Assembly (NCBI GenBank): GCA_032128115.1
Contig: JAQBHB010000048.1
Span: forward strand, 1-50,941
Source: Deltaproteobacteria bacterium
Lineage (GTDB): Bacteria > Myxococcota_A > UBA9160 > SMWR01
Length of the DNA stretch: 50,941 nt
Direction: 5' to 3'
Made by a program: the position numbers and the translations under genes. The notes under the pieces were generated by a model. The model had not been told where the DNA came from, did no database searches, and was given only the letters and a program-made list of their open reading frames with translations. Below, one piece after another: positions 1 through 8,340 of this stretch. How positions within the stretch are numbered: position 1 is the first letter of the stretch; every line of letters begins with the position of its first letter.

Positions 1-203
1 TTGCGCCGCGGACCATACAGCCTACGCCCTGCGAGTTCATGCTATCCGCGCGCTCCTGGCGCGTTCGCGCAAGCCGTGGCGCATGTCGAGCGCGTGTGTG
101 CGCCGACGTTGCGACTGCCGCGCGTGCTTCAGGCGGCGCGGAAACCGCTGGTGGGTTGGGCGGGGGTTGGAGCGCGGATCGCCCGGAAACTCGCGACTGG
201 CGC

Positions 204-230
204 GGGGGTTGACTCCCACCCCTTCCGCCA
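204..230 (+). other. Degenerate tRNA 3'-end-like sequence (T-arm, acceptor strand, CCA); possible relict att site or pseudo-tRNA
   Basis: GGGGGTTGACTCCCACCCCTTCCGCCA resembles tRNA-Ser/Sec 3' ends and the 3' end of the tRNA at 2231-2258. No intact cloverleaf upstream. Confidence 0.35.
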
Positions 231-234
231 GGCG

Positions 235-308
235 CGACAAAACCCGCGCATGAACGACGAAGCCCGCGCATGAACGACAAAGCCCGCGCATAAACGACAA
301 AGCCCGCA
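235..308 (+). repeat. Imperfect 20-bp tandem repeat, about 3.7 copies
   Basis: cgacaaaacccgcgcatgaa / cgacgaagcccgcgcatgaa / cgacaaagcccgcgcataaa / cgacaaagcccgca. Confidence 0.85.
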
Positions 309-359
309 ATTGCGAGCCTTGTGGCGAGCTTTGTGTGCGAGTAGGGCAGGCCAGCAGAC

Positions 360-683
360 TCAGTGCGCAACTGCCTCCTCGGGCGTCGGCGTCTTTTTCC
401 CGGAACCACGCGATGCCTTGCGAAGCTTCTTGTAGAGCTCGGGTTGGGAAACCTTGAGGTACTCGATGACCTCGAAGTCTTCCTTCTTGACCTTGGAGAG
501 GTCGACGCGCTCGACGTGGACGAGGCGCAGCAACTCGCGGACGGGCTTCGGCATGTCGCGCCCGCTCTCGTAGCGCGAGCCGCCGCTCTGGGTGACGCCG
601 ATCTTCGTCCAGAACTCTTGCTGGTTCAGACCAAGTCGGCGACGGATATCGCGCGGATTGATTGAAAAGTTGAAGAGCTTCAT
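360..683 (-). CDS. XRE/RsaL-like helix-turn-helix transcriptional regulator
   Basis: LGLNQQEFWTKIGVTQSGGSRYESGRDMPKPV HTH pattern; divergent from lysC; alternative GTG start at 692. Confidence 0.85.
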   Translation of the reverse strand: MKLFNFSINPRDIRRRLGLNQQEFWTKIGVTQSGGSRYESGRDMPKPVRELLRLVHVERVDLSKVKKEDFEVIEYLKVSQPELYKKLRKASRGSGKKTPTPEEAVAH

Positions 684-863
684 TGTCTGCACGGCTCCAT
701 TTCTTTTTCGGGGGCTTGAAGTCGAGTCATCCTAGCATGGGTCTTTCGGTAAACCGGCTGATTGAAAGGTCAAAAATCGTTAATTCATTCGTCCGCTGCA
801 GCGCAGCATTTGCGGGGGTGCGTCGCTTCTTTCAGCTAGAATGCGAACTTTTGCGGAACCCGC

Positions 864-2114
864 ATGGCCCTGATCGTCCAGAAGTTCGGTGGCACCTCGG
901 TAGGCAGCGCCGAGCGCATCCGAAACGTTGCGTTGCGCGTCGCGAAATGGCGCGCGGCCGGGCATCAGGTCGCTGTGGTTTCATCTGCCATGGCCGGTGA
1001 GACCAATCGTCTGGTTGCACTCGCTCGGGAAATCCAGTCGACTCCGGATCACCGCGAGTTCGACGTCGTCGCATCCACCGGCGAGCAGGTCACGATCGGG
1101 TTGCTCGCGATGGCCCTCATCGAAATTGGTGTGAAGGCGCGCAGCTACACGGGCGCGCAGGTGAGAGTGCTGACCGACAGCGCTTTCACAAAGGCGCGCA
1201 TCCTGGCGATCGACGAGGATCGGCTGCGTGCCGATCTGCAGGCCGGAATCGTTCCGGTCATCGCGGGATTCCAGGGGGTCGATGCCGGCGGCAACATCAC
1301 CACGCTGGGGCGCGGCGGCTCGGACACCTCGGCCGTGGCGCTGGCCGCGGCGCTCAAGGCCGATGAATGCCAGATCTACACCGACGTGGACGGCGTCTAC
1401 ACGACCGACCCGCGTATCGTTCCCGAAGCACGTCGATTGAAGACCATCACCTTCGAGGAGATGCTCGAGATGGCGAGCCTCGGATCGAAGGTGCTGCAGA
1501 TTCGCTCGGTCGAGTTCGCCGGGAAATCCCGTGTGAGGCTGCGCGTGCTTTCGAGCCTCACGCCCCCCGACATGCCGATCGACGCGGAGGCCGTCTCCGG
1601 CACGTTGATCACCTTCGAGGAAGACGAGAAAATGGAGCAGCCCAGCATCTCCGGTGTCGCGTTCAATCGCGATGAGGCGAAGATCACGGTGACCGGTGTG
1701 CCCGACCGCCCCGGCATCGCCTACGCAATCCTCGGCCCGATCGCCGATGCTAACGTGGACGTCGACATGATCATCCAGAACGCGAGCGTTCAGGGACATA
1801 CCGATTTCTCGTTCACGGTGCACCGCAACGATTACGAGAAAGCGATGTCGATCGTGCGTGCGGTGGCGTCGAAGATCGGCGCCCGGGACGTGGTCGGTGA
1901 CAACCGGATCTGCAAGGTCTCGATGGTCGGCGTCGGGATGCGATCGCATGTCGGCATCGCGAGCCAGATGTTCCGGACCCTTGCCGAGGAGGGGATCAAC
2001 ATCGAGATGATCTCGACTTCCGAGATCAAGATTTCAGTCGTGGTGGACGAGAAGTATCTGGAGCTCGCGGTGCGCGTGCTGCACCGCGCATTCGGTCTCG
2101 ATCAGCCGCAGTGA
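864..2114 (+). CDS. lysC: Aspartate kinase
   Basis: MALIVQKFGGTSV, TLGRGGSDTSA, IYTDVDGVYTTDPR; C-terminal ACT domains with STSEIKIS. Confidence 0.97.
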   Translation: MALIVQKFGGTSVGSAERIRNVALRVAKWRAAGHQVAVVSSAMAGETNRLVALAREIQSTPDHREFDVVASTGEQVTIGLLAMALIEIGVKARSYTGAQVRVLTDSAFTKARILAIDEDRLRADLQAGIVPVIAGFQGVDAGGNITTLGRGGSDTSAVALAAALKADECQIYTDVDGVYTTDPRIVPEARRLKTITFEEMLEMASLGSKVLQIRSVEFAGKSRVRLRVLSSLTPPDMPIDAEAVSGTLITFEEDEKMEQPSISGVAFNRDEAKITVTGVPDRPGIAYAILGPIADANVDVDMIIQNASVQGHTDFSFTVHRNDYEKAMSIVRAVASKIGARDVVGDNRICKVSMVGVGMRSHVGIASQMFRTLAEEGINIEMISTSEIKISVVVDEKYLELAVRVLHRAFGLDQPQ

Positions 2115-2137
2115 TCCGCTGAGGGCACGCAGGCCTA

Positions 2138-2146
2138 TGCTATAGT
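2138..2146 (+). promoter_or_regulatory. Extended -10 promoter element for tRNA-Ser
   Basis: TGcTATAGT about 20 nt upstream of the tRNA 5' end. Confidence 0.5.
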
Positions 2147-2166
2147 TTCCGCGCAGCGCAGAATCA

Positions 2167-2258
2167 GGAGAGATGCCCGAGTGGCTGAAGGGGGCGCCCT
2201 GCTAAGGCGTTATACGGTTTACTCCGTATCGAGGGTTCGAATCCCTCTCTCTCCGCCA
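2167..2258 (+). tRNA. tRNA-Ser(GCT)
   Basis: GGAGAGA/TCTCTCC acceptor stem; anticodon arm GCGCC-CT GCT AA-GGCGT; long variable arm; GGTTCGAATCC T-loop; encoded CCA. Confidence 0.96.
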
Positions 2259-2361
2259 ACGCGACGCAGCCCGCGCTTGCTGGCTTCGTTGTCTTGGGGC
2301 CTGGCGGCGCGCAGGCAGCAGAGACTAAAACATGGAAATCGGGACTATTACGATCGGCCTG

Positions 2362-2430
2362 GTAATCGCCGTAATCGCGGTGGTCGCGGTGGTCGCGGTG
2401 GTCGAGATGGTCGAGATGGTCGAGATGGGC
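2362..2430 (+). repeat. Degenerate 9-bp tandem repeat, about 7.5 units with drifting sequence
   Basis: ggtaatcgc cgtaatcgc ggtggtcgc ggtggtcgc ggtggtcga gatggtcga gatggtcga gatggg. Confidence 0.8.
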
Positions 2431-2449
2431 TCTGGCCGACGGGGGATGC

Positions 2450-3805
2450 ATGCGAATCCGAAATGCCATTCGAGATCCCGAGACGCTCGCCCGGACCGGA
2501 AATCGGGCACAGAGCCAGCCGATCCTGTGGGCGGTGGGGGGCGGGAAGGGTGGCGTCGGCAAGTCCGTCGTTACCGCCAACCTGGCCATCGCCATGGCCG
2601 CGCGTGGGCCGCGGGTCTGCGTGGTGGATCTCGACCTGGGCGGCGCCAACCAGCACACGCTGCTGGGGGTTCCCAGGCCGCCGCGAACCATTTCCCATTT
2701 CCTGACCGGCGAGGTCAAGAACCTGGCCGACACGGTTTGCCCCACCCCGGTTCCCGGCGTCACGCTGGTGAGCGGAGCTCGCGCCCTCATGGAGAGCGCG
2801 AATCCCCAGTATTCCCAGAAGCAGAAGATCCTGCGCCATCTCTCCCAGCTGGACGTGGATCATGTGATTCTCGATCTGGGCGCCGGGACGTCGTACAACG
2901 TGCTCGACTTCTTCCTGGCCGCTCAGCGCGGAATCCTGGTCACGGTGCCCGAGCCCACTTCGATCGAGAACACCTATCACTTCCTCAAGGCGGCGTTCTT
3001 CCGCTCACTCCGGGCGGTGGCGTGCCGCGAGCCCATGCGCAGCGCACTGGAAGAGGTGCTCCGGAATCGCCGGAACCGGCGCGCCCTCACTCCGCGACAG
3101 CTGATCGCCGCGGTGACGTCCGTCGACCCGGAGGCGGGCCGGCGTCTCGAGATCCGGGCCGGCATCTTCTCGCCCATGTTGGTGGTGAACCAGGCCACCA
3201 GGCTGGAGCACCACAGCGTGGGGCGTGAGATCGCCACCGCCTGCGACCTCTACCTGGGTACGCCCATCGACCTGTTGGGCAGCCTGGACCACGACGGCAG
3301 CGTTCCCGCCTCGGTGGCTCGGCAGCAGCCCGCCTTGCACCTGTTTCCCGGGTCGTCGTTCGCCAAGGGTCTGGACTCGATCGCCATGCGCCTGCTGCGC
3401 CAGAGCTGTTCGAGCCGCGGCGTACTCGCGACGCCGACGGGCACGCTGCGGCTCTCGACCACGGGCCTCCACAGCGAGGAAGAGCCCCGCTGGCGACGCA
3501 GGGCCGTGATGGCCGCGCCGGTTCCCAGGGGCGAGCTTCCCATCTTCGACCTGGAGAAGCCGGGCGGCTACCTGCGACGCTGCCGCGAACACCTGGGCCT
3601 GGGTCTGGCCGAGTTGACCCAGCGCACCCAGATCCGGCGCCTCGAACGCCTCGAGGAGGAGCGCTTCCACGAGCTTCCGCCCGAGCCCTACGTGCGCGGC
3701 TACGTGCTGCAGTACGCCCAGGCCCTGGGCATCCAGCAGGCCGAGGCCCTGACCAACAGCTTTCTGGCGCGGTACCGGGCCGCGGCGCGGTGCGACACCG
3801 TCTGA
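2450..3805 (+). CDS. MinD/FlhG-family P-loop ATPase with C-terminal RodZ-like HTH domain
   Basis: Deviant Walker A GGGKGGVGKS, VDLDLGGANQH, ILDLGAG, PEPTSIEN; C-terminal LRRCREHLGL...PEPYVRGYVLQYAQALG. Confidence 0.9.
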   Translation: MRIRNAIRDPETLARTGNRAQSQPILWAVGGGKGGVGKSVVTANLAIAMAARGPRVCVVDLDLGGANQHTLLGVPRPPRTISHFLTGEVKNLADTVCPTPVPGVTLVSGARALMESANPQYSQKQKILRHLSQLDVDHVILDLGAGTSYNVLDFFLAAQRGILVTVPEPTSIENTYHFLKAAFFRSLRAVACREPMRSALEEVLRNRRNRRALTPRQLIAAVTSVDPEAGRRLEIRAGIFSPMLVVNQATRLEHHSVGREIATACDLYLGTPIDLLGSLDHDGSVPASVARQQPALHLFPGSSFAKGLDSIAMRLLRQSCSSRGVLATPTGTLRLSTTGLHSEEEPRWRRRAVMAAPVPRGELPIFDLEKPGGYLRRCREHLGLGLAELTQRTQIRRLERLEEERFHELPPEPYVRGYVLQYAQALGIQQAEALTNSFLARYRAAARCDTV

Positions 3806-3835
3806 GCCGCGGGCTCAGGGCTTCGAGCCGCAGGC

Positions 3836-4468
3836 TCAGGGCTTCCGGAAGCGGCGTCGTTCGGCGCTGGCGCGCTCGCGTACGTTGCACCCCTCCAGGT
3901 GATCGTTCACCAGACCCATGGCTTGCATGAATGCGTACAGGGTGGTGGGACCCACGAACGACCAGCCCCGCTGCTTGAGGTCGCGGCAGAGGGCTCGCGA
4001 CTCGGCGGACTCGGTGAGGCGGCGCACGGCGTCGTAGCCCATGCGACGCGGGCGCGAGCCGGGATCGGGCTCGAACTGCCAGACATAGCTGGCGATCGAG
4101 CCGTGCTCGTCCGCCAGATCGCAGGCGCGCCTGGCATTGGCGAGAGCCGATTCGATCTTGCCGCGGTGGCGCACGATGCCCGCGTCGGCCATCAGCCGCG
4201 CAACACTGCGCCGGTTGAAGCGCGCCATGGCTTCGAAGTCGAATCCGGCGAAGGCGCGCCGGAAGTTCTCCCGCTTGCGCAGGATGGTGAGCCAGCTGAG
4301 CCCCGACTGGAATCCCTCCAGGCAGATCTTCTCGAACAGCTGTACGTCGTCGGACACGGGCCGGCCCCACTCCTCGTCGTGGTATTCGCAGTAATCGGGG
4401 GCGTCGCCTGCCCACCAGCAGCGCCGGAGGCCGTCCGGACCGGTCGCGATGCCGTTGTTCGCGACCAC
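3836..4468 (-). CDS. tag: DNA-3-methyladenine glycosylase I
   Basis: RCWW, YHDEEWGRP, LFEKICLEGFQSGLSWLTIL, FVGPTTLYAFMQAMGLVNDH; GTG start chosen inside the longer ORF. Confidence 0.93.
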   Translation of the reverse strand: MVANNGIATGPDGLRRCWWAGDAPDYCEYHDEEWGRPVSDDVQLFEKICLEGFQSGLSWLTILRKRENFRRAFAGFDFEAMARFNRRSVARLMADAGIVRHRGKIESALANARRACDLADEHGSIASYVWQFEPDPGSRPRRMGYDAVRRLTESAESRALCRDLKQRGWSFVGPTTLYAFMQAMGLVNDHLEGCNVRERASAERRRFRKP

Positions 4469-4473
4469 GCGGC

Positions 4474-5454
4474 TCAGGCCTCGTCGGCCAGGTCCAGCAA
4501 CCCGGACAGCCAGTGCAGGAGGTTCAGCAGGAACTGGGGGTTCTGGGCGGCCTCGGGTGCGTTCAGGCCCACCGGCGCCCCGTCCGCGTCGGCGTTCTGC
4601 ACGCCGAAGAGCGCCGTCTCCCCGAAGACGGCGACCCGCCCGGGCCCGAAGCGCCGCGCAGCGGCCTGCCACCAGCCACCCGTTTGCATTCGCGGGGTGT
4701 CGGGAGGGAACTCCCAGGCGACGCGCGGCGAGAGCGAAACCGTGGAAGGGGGCATCACGAGCAGGGGCTGGAACGCAGGATCGGGGCGAAACGCGTGGCC
4801 GGCAAAAGTAGCCACGTGATCCACGCGCTCCTGCGGATTTCGACCATTGCTGATGGGGTGATCCGGAAGCCCACCCTCGGAGCGACGGAATACGGTTACC
4901 GTTGCGATCGCTGCCGCCGGAGATCCCAGCTCCTGCTCCCGGCGCTCGTCCATGGCAAAGCTGTTGTCGAAGCGGATGCCGAACTCGGCGGCCAGCTCCG
5001 AGGCAGCGCCGGCGAACGGCATATGGTCCGCCAGCAGCAGCAGCGCTCCTCCCTTTTGCACCCAGCTGCGCACTGCCTGGATCTCGTCCCTGGTGAAAGC
5101 CCTGGGCGTGGGCAGGGACCAGTGGGTGGCCTCGGGGGGTTCGCGCCGGCGATCGCTTTCCGCCAGGGCGTTGGCGACCACCAGGATCCGGGCGCGCCCC
5201 AGCGACTTCGCCGAGAACGGCTCGGAATGCGCCCGCACCTGGTAGCCGTCGCGGCGCGCGATCTGGGCAAATGACTGGTAGCGGCCGTCCAGGGTGTGGG
5301 TGTTGAAGTGGGCGTCGTCCACCAGCACGACCGGGCCGCCGGAGAACGGATAGGCGGGACGGGGGTTCGGCGGAGGAAGCCAGGGGCCGCCGCCGGGGTC
5401 GTCGCAGGCGAGTAGCCCGCTGCACGACAGAATGACGAGGATGTACGCGCGCAG
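4474..5454 (-). CDS. Putative lipoprotein with DUF4350/class I GATase-like domain
   Basis: Lipobox-like GLLAC; VLVDDAHFNTH, WVQKGGALLLLADHMPF, GRVAVFGE, NPQFLLNLLHWL; start uncertain. Confidence 0.65.
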   Translation of the reverse strand: MRAYILVILSCSGLLACDDPGGGPWLPPPNPRPAYPFSGGPVVLVDDAHFNTHTLDGRYQSFAQIARRDGYQVRAHSEPFSAKSLGRARILVVANALAESDRRREPPEATHWSLPTPRAFTRDEIQAVRSWVQKGGALLLLADHMPFAGAASELAAEFGIRFDNSFAMDERREQELGSPAAAIATVTVFRRSEGGLPDHPISNGRNPQERVDHVATFAGHAFRPDPAFQPLLVMPPSTVSLSPRVAWEFPPDTPRMQTGGWWQAAARRFGPGRVAVFGETALFGVQNADADGAPVGLNAPEAAQNPQFLLNLLHWLSGLLDLADEA

Positions 5455-5593
5455 CTCGAGACGCTCCCGGGTCCTGGGCCGTCGCCCAGCGCCCTCCGTG
5501 TCAGGGGGTAGCGTGCCGGATCGCCGGCAACGACGCCCGCGACTCGCGTGCGAGTCGACTCGGAGGCAGGTGCAGTGGTATCTCTCGGCCGCG

Positions 5594-6367
5594 ATGGGGG
5601 ATCGCTTGGAAACCGGCACGCGAACCGCAGTGGCCCTGGTGGTCATTCCCGCGGCGATCGCATTCTACGGCACCGGGGCCGTGGCTCTCGCCATCGCCGG
5701 CGCCACGGCCCGCTCCGTCCACCGCATGTACCTGGGTTTCTCGCGGTTCTGCCTTCGCGTCGCATCGACGCGGCTCGAGGTGCACGGCGCCGAGCACCTG
5801 GACACCGGCCGGTCGTATGTGGTGGTGGCGAACCACGCAAGCAATCTGGATCCCATGTGCGTTCTCGCAGGCCTGCCGGATCTCTGCATCCGCTTCGTGG
5901 TGAAGCGGCAGCTGATCTACATCCCGATCTTCGGCACGGCGCTGCGGCTCACCGGCAGCGTGGTGGTGCACCGCAGCCGCACGGGAGAAGACGTGGAGCG
6001 GATTCGCGATCGCATGGGCCAGCGCGCCCCCGAGGTCTCCGTGCTGTTCTTCGCCGAAGGCACGCGTTCGCGCGACGGGGCGTTGCACCCCTTCAAGATG
6101 GGTGCATTCGCGACGGCGCTCGGCAGCGGGCTGCCGCTGCTCCCGGTGGGCCTGGCGGGCAGCTTCCACGTGCTCACCCCCGGCACGCCGATCCTGCGCC
6201 GGGGTGCCGTGGTGCTCGAGGTCGGCGAGCCGATTTCCAGCGCGGACCTGGACTGGGAGGACCGCGGCGCCCTGCGCGACCGGGTCCACCGGGCGGTGGC
6301 GGAGCTGCGCACCCGGGCGCGTCAGCGTCTGCGCGACCAGGGCTGCGATCCCGGCGGCCCGGACTGA
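5594..6367 (+). CDS. plsC: 1-acyl-sn-glycerol-3-phosphate acyltransferase family
   Basis: NHASNLD (HxxxxD) and FAEGTRS motifs; PFKMGAF. Confidence 0.88.
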   Translation: MGDRLETGTRTAVALVVIPAAIAFYGTGAVALAIAGATARSVHRMYLGFSRFCLRVASTRLEVHGAEHLDTGRSYVVVANHASNLDPMCVLAGLPDLCIRFVVKRQLIYIPIFGTALRLTGSVVVHRSRTGEDVERIRDRMGQRAPEVSVLFFAEGTRSRDGALHPFKMGAFATALGSGLPLLPVGLAGSFHVLTPGTPILRRGAVVLEVGEPISSADLDWEDRGALRDRVHRAVAELRTRARQRLRDQGCDPGGPD

Positions 6368-6576
6368 TCCACCCGAGGCCTCGATTGTTCCACCCGGCTC
6401 GTGGCCCCGATTCGTCCCCCCAGGTCGAGCGTTGACCGGGGTGATGATTTCGACAAGACTGTCGAGAGCAGCGATTCCGCTCGTCGGACGCACATGCACG
6501 AGTTCGTAGACCCCCGGAGCGAGCGCTCCAGAAACTTCCTCTTCCGGATCCGTTGCAACTTCGCGGTAGCGAGCCC

Positions 6577-7239
6577 GTGAGTTCGCTGGCGCTGATGCGC
6601 TGGCTCGAGTCGGCGCCCCACCGCTACGACACCGGCATGCGTTGGCTCACCCTGGGCCGGGTGTCGCAGCTGCACGAGGCCCTGGCCCGGGCGGCCGCGT
6701 CCGAGCCGGGGATGCGCGTGCTGGAAATCGGGTGCGGCACGGGGGCGGTCACGGCGCGTCTGGTCGCCCGCGGCGCGCAGGTGACGGCGCTCGATCAGAA
6801 CCCCGAGATGCTGGAACAGGCGCGTTCACGCCTGCCGGAGGCGTCGGTTACCTGGCTCGAGTGCACCGCGTCCGAGGTGGATTCGCTTCCCCGGGCGGGC
6901 TTCGACGCGGCCGTGGCGAGCCTCTGCCTTTCGGAGATGTCGTTGCAGGAACGCGCGTTCGTGCTGCGCGAGCTGGCTCAGCGGCTGCGGCCCGGCGGCT
7001 TGCTTGCGGTGGCCGACGAGGTGAAACCCGGCGCTGCCTGGCAGCGGGTGATCCACGCCATGCTGCGCGCGCCCCAGGCCCTGTTGGCGTGGGGGGTGGC
7101 CGGCTCGCTGTCGCGGCCGATTCCCGATCTGATCGCCGAGGTGCGTGCGGCCGGATTCGCTCCCCGCAGCGAGCAGCGCTGGTTGGGGGGGCGGCTTGCC
7201 GTGGTGACGGCCGTTGTCCGGGACGAGAGGTCGGTGTGA
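6577..7239 (+). CDS. Class I SAM-dependent methyltransferase, corrinoid-protein associated (CpaM-like)
   Basis: VLEIGCGTG motif I; its TGA overlaps the next GTG (GTGA, 7236-7239). Confidence 0.85.
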   Translation: MSSLALMRWLESAPHRYDTGMRWLTLGRVSQLHEALARAAASEPGMRVLEIGCGTGAVTARLVARGAQVTALDQNPEMLEQARSRLPEASVTWLECTASEVDSLPRAGFDAAVASLCLSEMSLQERAFVLRELAQRLRPGGLLAVADEVKPGAAWQRVIHAMLRAPQALLAWGVAGSLSRPIPDLIAEVRAAGFAPRSEQRWLGGRLAVVTAVVRDERSV

Positions 7240-8330
7240 CGCTCCGGGATCTGGCGCTGGAAATCGTGCAGACAATGTTTCGATTGCTGCCCTGGCCCAC
7301 CGAGCCGGGCCTGCGCACCGTGGGGAATCCCGGGGATCTGAGCCCGGTGCTCATCACCGGAAACTACGACCTGACCGTTCGACGCGTGTTGCGGGCGCTG
7401 CGCGGTGTGGATGCGTGGCTGGTGGTCGCGCCTTCGGGAGGCATCAACGTGTGGTGTGCCGCCTCGGGAGGACACCTGTCCACCCATCAGGTCGTGACGG
7501 CCTTGAAGACCAGCGGCGTCGAGCAGCGGGTGCGCCACCGCCGGGCGATTCTTCCGCAGCTGGCGGCCACGGGAGTGCGGGCGCGCGACGTCTCCCGGCG
7601 ATGCGGCTGGCGCATGCGCTTCGGACCCGTGCACGCCCGGGATCTCCCGCGATACCTGGCGAGCGACGCCGAGAAGACCGACGACATGCGCCACGTGAGC
7701 TTCGGCCCCATCGAGCGGCTCGAGATGGCGGCGACGTGGGCGGCCCCGATGGCTCTCCTTCTCGGGTTCGGGAGCGTGTGGTTCCAACCGGCGTGGAGCC
7801 TGCCCTTGATGGCGCTCTGCATCGCCCAGGCCGTGGCGGTCTTCGCGGGGTACGACAGCATCCCGGGGCCGCGGCGACTCGTGTTCGGGGGGGCTGCCCT
7901 TGCCGCATCCGTGGGGGTCGTGGCGATTTGCGGTGGCGGGTACGCGGCGTTGCTCGGCGCCGCGGTGGCGAGCGCCTTCGTCACGGCGGTACTCAGCTAC
8001 GACTACGCGGGCTCGACTCCCATCGAGGGCGGCAGTCATTTCGAAGAAGCCGGCTGGCGGATCGCGTTGGACCTGGAACGCTGCCAGGGGGTCTACACCT
8101 GCTGGGAGGTCTGCCCGGAGGCCTGCTTCGTCAAGCGCGAGGACGTGCGCAAGATCGAGATGGCCTACGACGATCGCTGCATCCGCTGCGGGGCCTGCGT
8201 CGTGCAGTGTCCCATGGACGCCCTGGCGTTCGAGGACGCTCGGGGTCGCCGGGTCGAGCCCGACACGATCCGTCGCTACAAGCTCAATCTCCTGGGAAAG
8301 CGTTCCGTGGAGTCGCCCGCCGCCGACTGA
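7236..8330 (+). CDS. HgcAB-like fusion protein: CdhD/HgcA-type corrinoid domain, TM helices, 4Fe-4S ferredoxin domain
   Basis: PVLITGNYDLT, cap-helix-like GINVWCAASGG, ILPQLAATG, FGPVHARDLP; hydrophobic middle; CQGVYTCWEVCP and CIRCGACVVQCP. Confidence 0.88.
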   Translation: MTLRDLALEIVQTMFRLLPWPTEPGLRTVGNPGDLSPVLITGNYDLTVRRVLRALRGVDAWLVVAPSGGINVWCAASGGHLSTHQVVTALKTSGVEQRVRHRRAILPQLAATGVRARDVSRRCGWRMRFGPVHARDLPRYLASDAEKTDDMRHVSFGPIERLEMAATWAAPMALLLGFGSVWFQPAWSLPLMALCIAQAVAVFAGYDSIPGPRRLVFGGAALAASVGVVAICGGGYAALLGAAVASAFVTAVLSYDYAGSTPIEGGSHFEEAGWRIALDLERCQGVYTCWEVCPEACFVKREDVRKIEMAYDDRCIRCGACVVQCPMDALAFEDARGRRVEPDTIRRYKLNLLGKRSVESPAAD

Positions 8331-8340
8331 GCCGCGTTCG

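Noticed and set aside
140..230. Functional tRNA-Sec or second tRNA-Ser
   Set aside because: Only 4 bp of acceptor stem pair, no anticodon arm is recognisable, and the T-loop lacks TTCG
235..308. CRISPR array
   Set aside because: Units are contiguous with no unique spacers, and no cas genes are in the window
2332..3228. 298-aa ORF starting MEIGTITIG
   Set aside because: Beyond the repeat it is an out-of-frame shadow of the MinD-like gene
6368..6576. Cobalamin riboswitch upstream of the corrinoid module
   Set aside because: No recognisable B12-box or GGGAA/ACTG core seen by eye
7236..8330. Bona fide hgcA/hgcB mercury methylation genes
   Set aside because: Fused architecture, cap helix ends in SGG instead of GK, and no HgcB-type C-terminal cysteines
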